From Mobula birostris (lineage: Eukaryota), in the NCBI RefSeq assembly GCF_030028105.1, contig NC_092401.1, positions 26,340,399 to 26,404,398 on the forward strand: DNA of 64,000 bases, in the 5' to 3' direction. Positions 48,421 to 60,652 of this stretch are shown piece by piece. Positions within the stretch are counted from its first letter, which is position 1, and the number at the start of each line of letters is the position of its first letter. The notes below the pieces were generated by a model, which saw only the letters and a list, made by a program, of their open reading frames with translations, was not told the DNA's origin and did no database searches. A program made the position numbers and the translations under genes.

Positions 48421-50334
48421 ATGAAAATAAACACTAGAGTTGGGGTAACGTTCTCCGTTGGCCAGGCTCCTGGGCTGAATTCATAATTTTGATTTGCAAA
48501 GATTATGAATACATCTGTGTCTAAAATATAAGGCAATTATATTGATGCTTGTGCAAAATATGCATTCTTCCAAAATCCCAGAATCTTTATTTGGCTTTCA
48601 GTGTATTTCCTGGCCCCGTCTTCAATGGGAATCTTACAGGATGTTTTGACTCAATGCCTGTGTTCCTCCTTCCAAGTCCACTTCAGCTCTAGAGGAAACT
48701 GGGAAAGGCTTGTGAAAGAGAGTTAAACACCTTCAAAATATTTCCACACGGTGCCTCAAAAGGGAATTGATCATGATAAAGGCTGTAAAATACAGGAGAC
48801 AACACACACACAAAATGCTGGTGAACGCAGCAGGAGAAATACAGGAAAGATGGGTTTTTTAAAGGGACCTTTAGGTGTAGATATATAGTCAATCCTAGCT
48901 GCTGTTTGCACTTGCCAAAAATGACTAAATTCAGATTTACAAACCCTTTTGTTACTATATAACTCTCACATACTGATGGTAAGTATTCAACGTTCATCTT
49001 GATCGCCCCACTGCAGAGCAATTGATGGTCACGGTAGTGTAATGGTTAGTGTAACACTATTACAGCACAGGCAACCCAGGGTCAATTCTTATCATGTCTG
49101 TAAGGAGTCTGTACATTTTCCCCATGACTGCATGGGTTTCCTTTGGGTGCTCCTGTTTCCATTACAAAGATTTACAGGTCACGTGAGTGTAACTGGACGA
49201 CACGCTTTTCTTGGGCTGAAAGGTACTGTATCTCTAAATAAATGAATTTCATTGGTGTGAGTCTGGAGTCACAGGGACATCAGACTGGGCAAGTTATCCC
49301 TCACTGGAAGGCATTGACAGAAGCATAGACAGAGTAGTCACCTAGCCCTAGCATCTTTCACCCAGGGTTGAAGTATCAAGTAAGAGGGAGAAAGTTCAAA
49401 AAAGTTGTGCAGAGCAAGTTTTTTACACTGAGATTGGTGGGTGCCTGAAATGTGCTGATGGAGGCAGATGCAATAGAGGCTCTTAGATAGGCACGTGAGT
49501 GTGCAGAGAATGGAGAGAGATGGACCATGTGCAGGCAGAAGGGATCATGAGCTCAATTAGCCCAGCTCAAAATTGTGGGCCAAAGGCTGTTTACTGTGCC
49601 ACACTGTTCTGCATTCTTTCCTCAAAGCTGGGGAGTAACAAGTCAGTGAAATGAGATTTCACCTCAACATGGTCTGGAGAAAGGAAAGAAAAGTACAGTA
49701 AGCATTTCGGATCGGGAACCCATCGACAGAATGCCATCAATCTTGACTTGAATCATTAACTCTTGTTTCTGTCTCCACAGATGCTGCCTGAACTGCGGAG
49801 TGTTTCCAGCATTCACAGACAAAGTGCTGGAGGAACTCAGTGGGTCGGGCAGCATCTATGGAGGGAAATGAACAGTTGAGCCCTCAGCAGCACTAGATAG
49901 GCAGAGGGCAGAAGCTGGAATGAAAAGGAGTGGGGAAGGGAAGAGAACAGATTGGAAGATGATATGTGAACCCAGATGAGGGGGGAATCAGGGCTTCAAC
50001 TCCCTTCCCTCCCCAACACCCCCTTATTCTGGCTTCTTCCCCCACTCCTTTCCAGTCCTGATGAACATTCTCAGCCTAAAACATCCCCTCCATTGATGCC
50101 CTCTGCCCCGCCGAGTTCTCCCTGCAATTTTGTGTGTGTTGCTCCAGGTTTCCAGCATCTGCAGAATCTCTTGTGTCTGAATGTTTCCAATATTTTCTGT
50201 TTTGATTTCTGATTTCCAGCATCTTCACTCGTTTCATTTTTCTTCGCTCATGGAAGGACCAACAATCACTGTACCCTTCAGATATGCATTGCCTCATACT
50301 TGCCAGTACTCTGTACCCCATTTGCTTCTCAAGA

Positions 50335-50815
50335 GATAGATAGATAGATACCTTATTGATTGCAAAGGAAATTACAGTGTCATAGTAACATTACAAGTGT
50401 ACAGATATGCAAATGAAACCGGTTCCCTCCAGTCTCTTCTCTCTTCACCTCTCTAGCTCAGACACACAAAAAAACCCCTGCTTTTCTGATTGGATGGCTC
50501 ACATTACAAAGCACCCGTTATCGCTCACCATAACCCAAATACAGTACTGCTTCTACAGAATGACCGTTACGTTAGCAGTGAAATTTTTACCAGGACGTTA
50601 CACAAATATTAGAAGAGAAGTAAGAAAGAATAAAAAATAAGCTACCTCAAATAGTCTAACAGGAGGGGGTCATCACTTCCCCATCTATAAGTTGACGCAT
50701 TATAGAGCCTAATGGCTGAGGGTAAGAATGACCTCATATCGCGCAATTTGGAGCAGAGCAGTTGTCTTAGACCATTGCTAAAAGAGCTCCTCTGTTCAGC
50801 CGAGGTGGCATCAAG
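50335..50815 (-). mobile_element. Rex-Babar-type 3' end with (TCTA)n tail
   Basis: Minus ORF contains SSFSNGLRQLLCSKLRDMRSFLPSAIRLYN; near-identical copy at 59595-59842. Confidence 0.8.
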
Positions 50816-51459
50816 GATCGATCCTAAAAATATTGAAAGGCTGTGTTGTAAAAATGCAAGTTCATGTTTAACAGGAACAGGTATCACAAACCAACAAAAA
50901 TGTAGATTTACAACTATATGAGGTAAGTGAGATTATTTATGTGTAAAAATAGGGAACCAGTTTTGAACTGCCTGACTGAGGGACAATCCCCAGGAGCAAA
51001 ATAGAGTTTGGAAACAGGCCCTTCTGCCCAGTTGGTCCTTGCTGACCATGGTGGCATTTGCCTGCACTTGGCCCATATCTCTCCTGACCTGCCCAATTGT
51101 CTTCTGACGGTTGTTCTTGCACACTTTCTCTGGGAGCGCATTCCATATATGCACGATCTTTTGGGTGAAGAATTTGTCCTTGGGCCCCTTTTAAATCTCT
51201 CCCCAGTCATTTTAAAACTATGCCTTGCAGTACTTAGTTTCCTTTCCGTGGGGAAAAAGACCTTGTGCATTCACACGTCATGATTTTCTACACCTCAAAG
51301 GAACACTGCATGAATAAACTCACCCACATCAAGCTCACAATTTCGTCAAAAGGCAACTTTATGATTGAACTTGGTGGTTCACATTTGAACGGATCAACAA
51401 ATCCAGATATCAGAGACCATCATACTTTCTCCAGCCTCTCTCCATCTCTATGTCAGTTG

Positions 51460-52040
51460 CGCTCGGTGGCCATTTTATTAGGTACCCTGTACTTGTAATT
51501 ATATTTAACTCCTGTATCGAATAAATTGGCCACTGTTCGTGGTCTTCTGCTGCTGTAGCCCAACCACTTCAAGGTTTGACGTGGTGTGCATTCAGAGATG
51601 CTGTTCTGCGCACCACTTTTGTATCACATAGTTATCTGAGTTACTGTGACCTTCCTGTCAGCTTGAACTAGTCTGGCCATTCTCCTCTGACTTCTCACTA
51701 GCACAGCATTTTTACACATAGAACTGCTGCTCACTGGATGTTTTTGTTTCTGCTTTTCACACCACTCTTTGTAAACTCTAGAGACTGCTAGGCATTTAAA
51801 TCCCAGGAGATCACCAGTTTCTCAGATGCTCAAACCACCCTGTCTGGCACCAACAATCACTTAATTATCAAAGTCTCTTAGATCCCTTCTCTTCCCCATT
51901 CTGATGTTTTGGTCTGAACAACAACTGAACACCTTGACCACGTCTGCATGCTTTTACGCATTCTGCCACATGATTGGCTGATTAGATATTTGCATTAATG
52001 AGCAGGCGTGCAGGTGTATCAATAAAGTGGCTGCTGAGTG
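51460..52040 (-). mobile_element. Tc1-derived MITE-like element
   Basis: TIRs CGCTCGGTGGCCATTTTATTAGG and AATAAAGTGGCTGCTGAGTG; interior is the reverse of the 21541 copy. Confidence 0.85.
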
Positions 52041-52519
52041 GATTTTTTAAACACTTGTTCATTTCCATTTTAAAATCTATCCTGCATTCAATTTCCTCCA
52101 CTAGCCAGCTTTTTTTCACTCCAATCCCTTCTATTTAACGTACTCTGTCAGTTTATCTGTAAGTACTTTGCTAATTATCTTAAATTTCCCACTAATTATT
52201 GGAGTGCTGATTAGAGGAAGTAATCATTCCCTTAATGTCTCAGGGTAACTATCGGAACACCCAGGTTGGACCTGACTGTATCCCTCAGTCTCCCAGTGGA
52301 AAGAGGCTCCTTGGCCTCTGAACTGATGTTCAGACACACTGGAACCTGGAAGAGACAGGACACACACAGTGAATGGGTGCTGCTGGGACTTGCTGTCCAG
52401 ATCACCAAACTTTTCGTCTTATGTAATTAGAGAGTCATATTTGTGGCAGAAACAAGTGCAATCAGCCCACTGAGACTGTGTAATCTTGATGCAAGAATAA
52501 TTGACTCCCCTCTCAGTCA

Positions 52520-52985
52520 TAGACCATAATATATGGGAGCAGAATTAGGCCATTCGGCTCATCAAGTCTGCTTCATCATTCCACCATAGCTGATTTATTT
52601 TCCCTCTCAGCCCCATTCTCCTAACTTCTCCCTGTAACCTTTGATACCCTTAATAATCAAGAGCCTATCAACCTTAGTTTAAAATATACCTAATGAGTTA
52701 GCCTTCTGTGGCGATAAATTCCACAGGTTTACAAACCTCTGGCTAAAGAAATTCCTCTTCATCTCTGGTTTTAAAGGGATTCCCTTGATTTCTGAGGCTG
52801 TCCCCTCTGGTACCAGATCCCCTGCCTCCACTCTATCTGGGCCTTTCCATATTTGGTCATTTTCAAAGAGATCCCCTCATGCTTCAAAACTCCAACGTGT
52901 ACAGACTCAGAGCATTGGAAAACTCCTCAAGCATTAACCCTTTCATTCCTGGAATCATTCTCTTAACCCTCTTCTAGACCCACTC
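52520..52985 (-). mobile_element. CR1 3' fragment
   Basis: GGAGCAGAATTAGGCCATTCGG UTR and GGCTAAAGAAATTCC. Confidence 0.8.
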
Positions 52986-52989
52986 CATT

Positions 52990-53349
52990 GCAGGAGGTAC
53001 TTAACAGAGTGGCCAGTAAGTTTATTTTCTACATGTTTGTGATCTTCTGCTGCTGTAGGTTATCAGTAGTTACTGAGATACTCAGACCACCCTGTCTGGC
53101 ACCAACAATCAAATTATCAAATTTACTTAGATCCTTTTTCTTCCCCATTCTGATGTTTTGGTCTGAACAACAACTGAACCTCTTGATCATGTCTGCATGC
53201 TTGTATCATTGCATGATCATAGTCACAGATCACATCTCTTCCCCATTCTGATGCTTTATGCATTGAGTTGCTGCCACGTGATTGGCTTATTAGGTACTTG
53301 CATTACCGAGCAGGTGTACAGGTGTAGCTAATAAAGTAGCCACTAAGTG
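52990..53349 (-). mobile_element. internally deleted Tc1-derived MITE
   Basis: Shares sequence with the 51460 copy; ends AATAAAGTAGCCACTAAGTG. Confidence 0.75.
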
Positions 53350-53934
53350 TGTGTCATGAAATTTGTTGTTTCGTGGCAACAGTGCAGTGCAATAGATAAA
53401 ATATACTATAGATTACACTAAGGAATATGTAAAAAGAGGTAGTGTTCAAGGATTAATGGGCTGTTCAGAAATCTAATGGTGGAGGAGAAGAAGCTGTCCC
53501 CAAAGCATTGACCGTGTGTCTTCGGGCTCCTGTACCTCCCCTCTGATGGAAGCAATGAGTGGAGGGCAGGAACAGGAAAGTGGGAAGAAGTGGTTGTGGG
53601 AGAAAGGTGTCGGTACCTTTGTTCTGTGTCATATTGTGTGCTGTTTCAAATTCCAGCCTCTGTAGTCTATTCTGACTCATCCTCCCGTTCCTCCAAACTG
53701 CCCACCAATGGATGATTGTTGATCAGTTGTTGTAAGACATTTCCCCCTCCACTGTTCCAATACTTCTCCCCTGTATCTAAACTTACTTTAAAAATGATTG
53801 ACTTCTCCATTGGATTTCCCTTCCTGAAAGCTTTCCTCAGAATCCTACAACTCCAAAACTTTCTGAAGTGTTGACAACTCTGCCGTGTACAAAGCCATTC
53901 AAAGCAACCCTATAAAATAAATGATACACGTATA

Positions 53935-54115
53935 AAAATGCTGGAGGAGCTCAGCAGGTCAAGCAGCATCTGTGGAGATGAAGCCCCGATGAAGGGTCTC
54001 GGCGCGCAATGTTGACTGTTTATTGTCTTCCATAGATGCTGCCAGACCTGCTGAGCTCCTCCAGCATTTTGTGTGTGTTACTCTGGGTTTCCAGCATCTG
54101 CAGAATGCCTTGTGT
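53935..54115. repeat. palindromic Penelope terminal-repeat element
   Basis: Perfect 26-bp inverted repeat (53935-53960 and 54045-54070) around a hammerhead relic. Confidence 0.85.
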
Positions 54116-54124
54116 ATAATATTT

Positions 54125-54420
54125 AAAGATTAGCTTTATTTGACACACACACATCAAAACATACAGCCACTTGTGGCATTTGTGCCCACGACCGACACAG
54201 TCCGAGGGCATGCTGGGGGCAGCCCACAAAGTGGCGCCATTCTTCCCGTGCCAACATAGCATGCCCACAATTTACTGCCCTTTGCATCTCTGGAATGTGA
54301 GAGCATCGGAGGAAGCCCACGCAGTCTCAGGGAGAGTTGGCCAACTTGTTACAGACAGCGGCGGGAATTGAACCCTGATCATACAGCCGGTGCTGTAAGG
54401 CATTACGCAGCCATGCTGCC
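54125..54420 (-). mobile_element. V-SINE
   Basis: GGGAATTGAACCC (reverse B-box) and reverse V-domain. Confidence 0.75.
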
Positions 54421-54714
54421 CCAATGTGGGTGTGCAGAGGTAATCATCAAACTACAGACCTGGCAGGCATGCTGTTGATTATAAGGGGCTGCAAGTGAGT
54501 TATACTTGCTAATTGGTTTATGTTTGTCGCATGTTCCGATATACAGTGAAAACCTTTGATTGCATGTCATCTAAATAGATCATTCCACAGTACATCGTTG
54601 GGGTACAGAAGGAAAAATAAATGCAGAATTAAGTGTTACAGTTACAGAGAATTTTCAGGGCAATTAGATGCAAAGGGTATGTGAGGTAGACTGGAAGATG
54701 TAGAGTTCACCAGT

Positions 54715-55080
54715 CTTCCCGCTGCTACCATTGGGAAGGAGGTACAGGAGCCTTACGTCCCATACCTCTAGGTTCAGGAACACTAATTATCCTTCAGCCA
54801 TCAGGCTCCCAAACCAGCATGGATAACTTTACTCACCGCAACTCTGAACTGATTCCACGACTCATGAAGTCACTTTTAAGGCTTTACAACTCATGTTCTT
54901 AATATTATTTACTTATTTTTGCAGTTTGTCTTTTGCACATTGGTTGTTTGTCAGTCTTTGTGTGTAGTTTTTCATTAATTCAATTGCATTTGTTTATTTC
55001 ACCATGAATCCCTGCAAGAAAATGTATCTCCAGGTAGTATATGGTACTTTGATAATAAATTTACTTAGAACTTTGAACTT
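54715..55080 (+). mobile_element. Rex1-type 3' fragment
   Basis: GCTACCATTGGGAAGGAGGTACAGGAGCC motif and an AACTTTGAACTT tail. Confidence 0.75.
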
Positions 55081-57846
55081 AGATCTTTATCGTACAAGAG
55101 AACCATTCAGGAGTGTTAATTTGTCTCTGTGTGGCTTTTGTCCAACCAGCAGTGAAAACTGAAGTGTGCAGAGTTTTGTATATAGGATAGGCCCTCACTG
55201 ACTAACGACGTTGCTGTTTTTCCAGTGAATACGTGCAGTGGTTTCTACCCAAAAGGCACCAGCCATTTCCAGGAAACAGCCTCTTCTTTCGGACTAACCT
55301 CAGCATTGGAGTTTTGTGACCAAGCAATGATCAAGCCGCAGATAACAGAGAACGGAAGCCCCTTCAATGAGCAGCAGAGAATTCGGAGAATATGGGTAGT
55401 GCCGGTTTCTTGAAAGTTGCCTGATGATACAGAGATCACAAGTTGTCAGGTGCTGCTAGACTGAGGTTTCTGAGATAAGTCTGATTTTACTCATCTTCCT
55501 TTCGATCCACAGACATTTCAAAGTCTCTTATTTTCAGTATTAGGTTTAAATATTCTTGGTGGTCCTACTCATAGGGCATTAGGGGTGGCACACTGCCTCT
55601 CGGCTCCTGTTTAATCCTGACCTCTGCTGCTGTCTTCGCAGAGTTTGCCCAATCTCTATTTTCCCACCAGATGCTCCAGCTTCCTCCCACGTGCCAGACA
55701 AGCAGCTTGATAGATTAATTGGCCACTGTAAGTCCCATCCCACCCCCACACCCTCCCCCATGGAAATCAGAAGGGAGTTGAGGAGAACGGGGACAGAAAA
55801 TAAAACTCCTTCAGAACAGATGTTCTGTTAGAACAGAGATAAGAAATCTCTTCAGTCAGAGGGTGGTAAACCTGTGGAATTCATTGCTGCAGAGGGCTGT
55901 GGAGATCAAGTCACTGGGAGGCTGATAGGTTCTAGATTTGTAGGGGGGGTTTAGAGTTACAGGGAGAAGGCAGCAGAATAGGATTAAAAAGAAATCAGCC
56001 ATGATTGAATTGTGGAGCAGGCTCAATGGGCCAAATGGCCTATTCCTGCCCCTATATCTTGTGGTCTTATGATCTAAAATGAGCTTTGGTTTTGGATTAA
56101 TGCAAGTGCTTGATGGTCAGCATAAACTCTTTGGGCTGAAGGGCCTATTTCCTTGCTGCATGACACAGTAAGATGGATTTCCCCTAGTCTTATTTAAGAC
56201 CACGGACACTGCCCCAAGTTCAGGACCTGGGTGGATGCTACATTGTGTCATTCACAGTCCTCTGGGGCCAGTAAGGTGGCCACATTCCCAAGCTAAGGTT
56301 TGTAACTTGCAGTAAGGTCCTGTTGAAGACTCCATTGCCCAATGGCCAAGCCCCCTGCATTCTCAGCAGACGAAACTAATCAAGGTCCTCTGGGGTTGAG
56401 CAAACCACTCTCCTTTACAATTGGCCAAACTCTGCTGCCATAGACCCAGGTCAGAAAATGGGATAGGCAACCATTTGTCTTGTATCTGATTTATTTTGAT
56501 TAACCTCCTAAACAACAGCTCTGCCTTCATAAAGCACCATGGTTAACCCCACCAAAGTGCTTCATGGGCCGCGGACCAAATTTGGGTGGAGAGATTTGGT
56601 CAAGTTAAGTGCATTCAAGGACTGGTGTATTTGTTTGTCAGGATCTGGCTCCATTCCTTTTGTTACTATGTTTAAAGGAGCCATACATACTGAAGTGGCG
56701 GGCAGACTGGCTGAGATGTTCTAACTCTGGCAGTCTCTCTTGTAGGTCGTAGAATTGCTGGTTAAACATCTTGCATTCCAGTCAAGCCTGGTTGGGGAGT
56801 CATCTTTCACACAAGACTTTTATATCTTTGCGTGCTTCCTCGGGCAGCTTTCAAAGGAGATCAGGAGATTTTCGTGGCCAACATTCCTTTCCAGCCACAA
56901 TACTGCCATGAGAAATGTTTAACTATTTTGAAGAGGATATAGAAGAGATCCACAGGATGTGTCTGGATTGGAGCATTTTAGTTCATTAAGGAGATAGTAA
57001 ATAGGCTGGGGTTGTTTTCCCTGGAGTGGAGGGGACTGATGGGAGTAGATGTAGAAATTCAGACCAGCATAAGGTGGCGTGCTTTGGAAAGAAACAGTAC
57101 AGTTAATGTCAGGATCCTTAACAGTGTTGATACATAGAGGGATATTGGGGTGCAAGTCCATAGCTCCCTGAACTAGAGAGAATAGTGAAGAAGACATACA
57201 GCATTCTTGCCTTCATTGGTCAGGGCACGAGTCAGTAAAGCCATGGTGCAGCTGTGGAAACCTTCGGTTAGGCCACACGTGGAGTGCTATGTGCCATTCT
57301 CGTCACCCCACTACAGGATGGATTTGGAAGCTTTGGAAAGGGTGCTGAGGGAGTTTACTAGGACGCTGCATAGATGGCTGCATGGTATTGTAGCGGCTAG
57401 TGTAACACTTTACAGCACAAGTGATTGGGGGTTCAGCCTACGTGGGTTTCCTTCAGGTGCTCTGGTTTCCTCCCATGTTCCAAAGACATATAGGTTAGGG
57501 TTAGTAAGTTGTGGGCACACTATATTAGCAATTCAGCAATTTCCAACCCCAGCTTCTCTTAGTGACCCTTGACAGAATGTTTGCTTGGTGTAGGGCAGGA
57601 TGAGGCCTGTGTGGCCAAGCTAGTCAATGCTCAACGTTGTGGGTTATAGGCACTGAGACATGCCGTCCACCAGGAGCCTCACCTGGCCAGCCCCTTCGTA
57701 CACAATGGGTGGCTGTAGGCCAGTGAATGGAGAGCCCACTCCCATGCAACACAACTCTGAGGCCATTAGTTCATGAACAAAGTGAAGACGATCAGAGACG
57801 TGTTCATGGCTGTTCACATCCGTAGCCGCATGGCTGATCGCACTGC

Positions 57847-57919
57847 TGCCGAGGGGGATTCCTGGTGACGTGATTTTATACAAAACACGGAATCACATTG
57901 CCAGGGATTACCAATCGGT
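57847..57919 (+). ncRNA. mir-23: microRNA precursor, miR-23 family (mature 3p 57892-57912/3; 5p about 57855-57876)
   Basis: Exact mature ATCACATTGCCAGGGATTACC, identical to the recalled miR-23b-3p. The 5p arm GGGATTCCTGGTGACGTGATTT pairs with it. Basal stem GCCGA/TCGGT. CNNC motif (CATC, 57931-57934) about 17 nt after the 3p end. Confidence 0.96.
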
Positions 57920-58042
57920 GACAAGTGATGCATCGTCTGTTCGAAGGTACCTCCGACTGATAAAGTCTCTTCAGGTGGCTAGAACTCTGACCAGAAGCAG
58001 TTCATCCGGTTATTCTCACACTGGCATTCTGGTTAATATCGG

Positions 58043-58240
58043 TGGCACGGTGGAGTGGTAGTTAGTGACTCACTTTACAGTGCCAGTGACACAGGTTCAA
58101 TTTCCGCCATAGTCTGTAAGGTGTTTGTACGTTCCCTCTGGGACCACGTAGCTGCTCTGGTTTCCTCATGCATTCGGGTTGGTAAGTTGAGGGCACGCAG
58201 TGTGGCGGCCTGCCTCTCACACGTACTCGGACTGTTAGTT
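58043..58240 (+). mobile_element. V-SINE (between miR-23 and miR-27)
   Basis: GTGGCACGGTGGAGTGG...GGTTCAATTTCC...GTTTGTACGTTCCC. Confidence 0.75.
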
Positions 58241-58849
58241 GTTGACATACCAGAATCAGGTTTACTATCACTGATGTATGTCGTGGAATCTGTTGTTTTG
58301 TGAAGGCAATGCAGGGCAATACATCAAATACAGTATAAATTAGACATTGAAATCGTATTTATGAGTATGCAATATGTGTATACAGATAACAGGTATTTAT
58401 TTCAATAAGTAGTGTATAAAGATAGTGTTGCACATAGAAGTTTCTTGAAGTTCCAGCATCTGCAGATTTCCTCGTGTTTGAGATAGTGTTGCTGTATGTT
58501 CTCATGTTTCAATGTATATGTGACAAATATTGTTGCTCTATCTCGCCTCATATCTAATATTTAAGTCCCATCTCATTCACAGCAGGTAACTGATAGACTG
58601 GACGTGATGGAATTGTTTCCATTGTCAGGAGGCTAAGTGAACAGGTCACAGTTTGAACTGTACGGAGCCCATCAATGCCATTCAGCCTGCTGATGGCTTG
58701 GGGCAGAGAGGTGAGGTTCAGCAATAATAACCGTGCTCAGGAAGGTATATACTCAAAGGAGAGAGGAAGCAGAATTTCTGGCAGATAACATAACGCCACG
58801 CAATAAGAGCGGTGAGTTTTCCCCATAAAAATGGACTGAATGGAGGATA

Positions 58850-59160
58850 AGATTAGCTTTACTTGTCACATGTACATTGAACCATGGAAGCACAGTGAAA
58901 TGCATCTTATGGATCAAGTCATGTCAGCGAGAATTGTGCGGGGCACCCGTGAGTGTTGCTACACTTCCATCACCAATGTAGCGTGCCCACCCTAACCTGT
59001 ATGTCTTTGGAATGCGGAAAGAAACTGGAGCGGCTGTAGGAAACCCACTCGGTCATGGGGAGAGTGTATCACCCCTTACCGACAGCAGCCGGAATTGAAC
59101 CCTGGTCAATCATCTCTGGTGTGGTGAGGTGATGCACTAACTGCTGCACTACCGTCCCAC
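58850..59160 (-). mobile_element. V-SINE (between miR-23 and miR-27)
   Basis: GGAAACCCAC...GGAATTGAACCC reverse motifs. Confidence 0.75.
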
Positions 59161-59594
59161 CCCTACAGACTCTCACATAGTCACACAGTGTGTACATCCA
59201 TGCCCTGTCAGTCACCCACAGCATTGCGGGTGGTAGAGAGAATTGACATGGGGATTAGCCAATAATCAAGAGTCTGTCTGGGAATAAATTGTTGCTTTAT
59301 GAAGTTAATAAGTTGTTGCAAAGGAGATAAAGGGGGACTTTTTATGCACTATAACCTGGAATATGTTTATTGAAAGGATAGTAAAAGAAAATTTGGTGTC
59401 TTTTCAAAGCATTTCTATTTACAAATTAAATATTGGCTGAGCTGTGTAGGTAGGACAGAAGAAGTGAGGTTGACATTGATTGGACATTCCCTCCAAATGA
59501 CCAGCAGAGACAAGAGGGCTGAGCATATTTCTTCTGAGCTGACTGATTGTGATTCTGGGAGTTCGTGGCTGGATGGAGTTGAGAGATTGGTAGT

Positions 59595-59842
59595 CTATTG
59601 ATAGATACTTTTCTGATCCCAAAGGAAATTACAGTGTCACAGAAGCATTACAAGTGCACAGATATACATGTATACACATATTAGAAGAGAAGTAAGAAAG
59701 AATAAAAAAATAAGTTACCTCAACCAGTCTAACAGGAGGGGGTCATCACTTCCCAGGCTACAGGTTGACTCATTATGGAGCCTAATGGCCAATAGTAAGA
59801 ATGACCTCCTATAGCGCTCTTTGGAGCTGCACAGTTGTGTTT
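59595..59842 (-). mobile_element. Rex-Babar-type 3' end (between miR-23 and miR-27)
   Basis: Near-identical to 50335-50410 plus 50600-50770. Confidence 0.8.
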
Positions 59843-60570
59843 GAAAGATTGGACAGAGGCTGATTAAGACAAGTCCATATCTGAACTTCGGGCAAGGTAG
59901 AGAGAAAGCTGATCAGCATTTGGCCAATGCTCAGATCACAGAAACTTCAAGAGGCCCAGGAGCATCTAACCTGATGGACTTCCTCAAAGAGGGGAGGCTT
60001 CTGGTACCTGGTTTATGCTTCAGGGCTCAGTGACAGCACACTTATATAGCCAAGGGTATGCTTTATGGGAATGCTGTTTTGGTGCTGGAATGTATGGCGT
60101 CACTTGTGGGCTGCCCCCAGCACGTGTTAGTTGTTAATGCAAACAATGCATTTTCTTGAATGTTTTGGTGTATGCTTAATAAACTTCAATCTTCAATGTT
60201 GAACCAACACAATGCCTTGAGGTCAAAGGGACAGAAGCCCTACGATTCCATGGCAACAGTGGAGTGATGAGGGGACACTGAAGAACCAGAGAGTGCTATT
60301 CCACATTTAATGCAAGGAACAAAAGACTAGCCCCAGGCCACTCACATTCTGAGGAAAACCCAGGGAGGAACACAGCAGCATGGGGTGGGGGAGAGATGTG
60401 GTGTCAGAACGGATGAGTCACGGGAACAGCTGCACACATCTGCATGGTTCAGAAAGAACTCCTTGGCTGTGGCATTGAAAATGATTCTTCAGGGATGTGG
60501 TGTACTCCCGTCATCAGATGGACCAGGATCCGTGGCCGCAGTCCTGCCTCTGTCTCTCCCAGTCCAGCCA

Positions 60571-60652
60571 TCAGGGGTACAGGGCTTAGCTAGTTTGTGA
60601 ACAGAGCTGTGTTCGTCCCCTTGTTCACAGTGGCTAAGTTCCGCACCTCTGG
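60571..60652 (+). ncRNA. mir-27a: microRNA precursor, miR-27 family, miR-27a-type (mature 3p 60624-60644; 5p about 60581-60603)
   Basis: Exact mature TTCACAGTGGCTAAGTTCCGC (miR-27a-3p). The 5p arm AGGGCTTAGCTAGTTTGTGAACA pairs with it. Basal stem CAGGGGT/ACCTCTG. UGUG in the loop (60608-60611). CNNC (CAAC, 60662-60665) 17 nt downstream. Confidence 0.96.

Noticed and set aside
1-57800. miR-181c/d and nanos3, neighbours of the mammalian miR-23a cluster
   Set aside because: The AACATTC/GAATGTT seed matches I inspected lack the rest of miR-181, and I saw no nanos zinc-finger frame.
57644-58061. ORFs overlapping the miR-23 hairpin, and a possible minus-strand exon at 57683-57861
   Set aside because: The sequence is explained by the miRNA; the acceptor lacks a pyrimidine tract and the peptide is unrecognisable.
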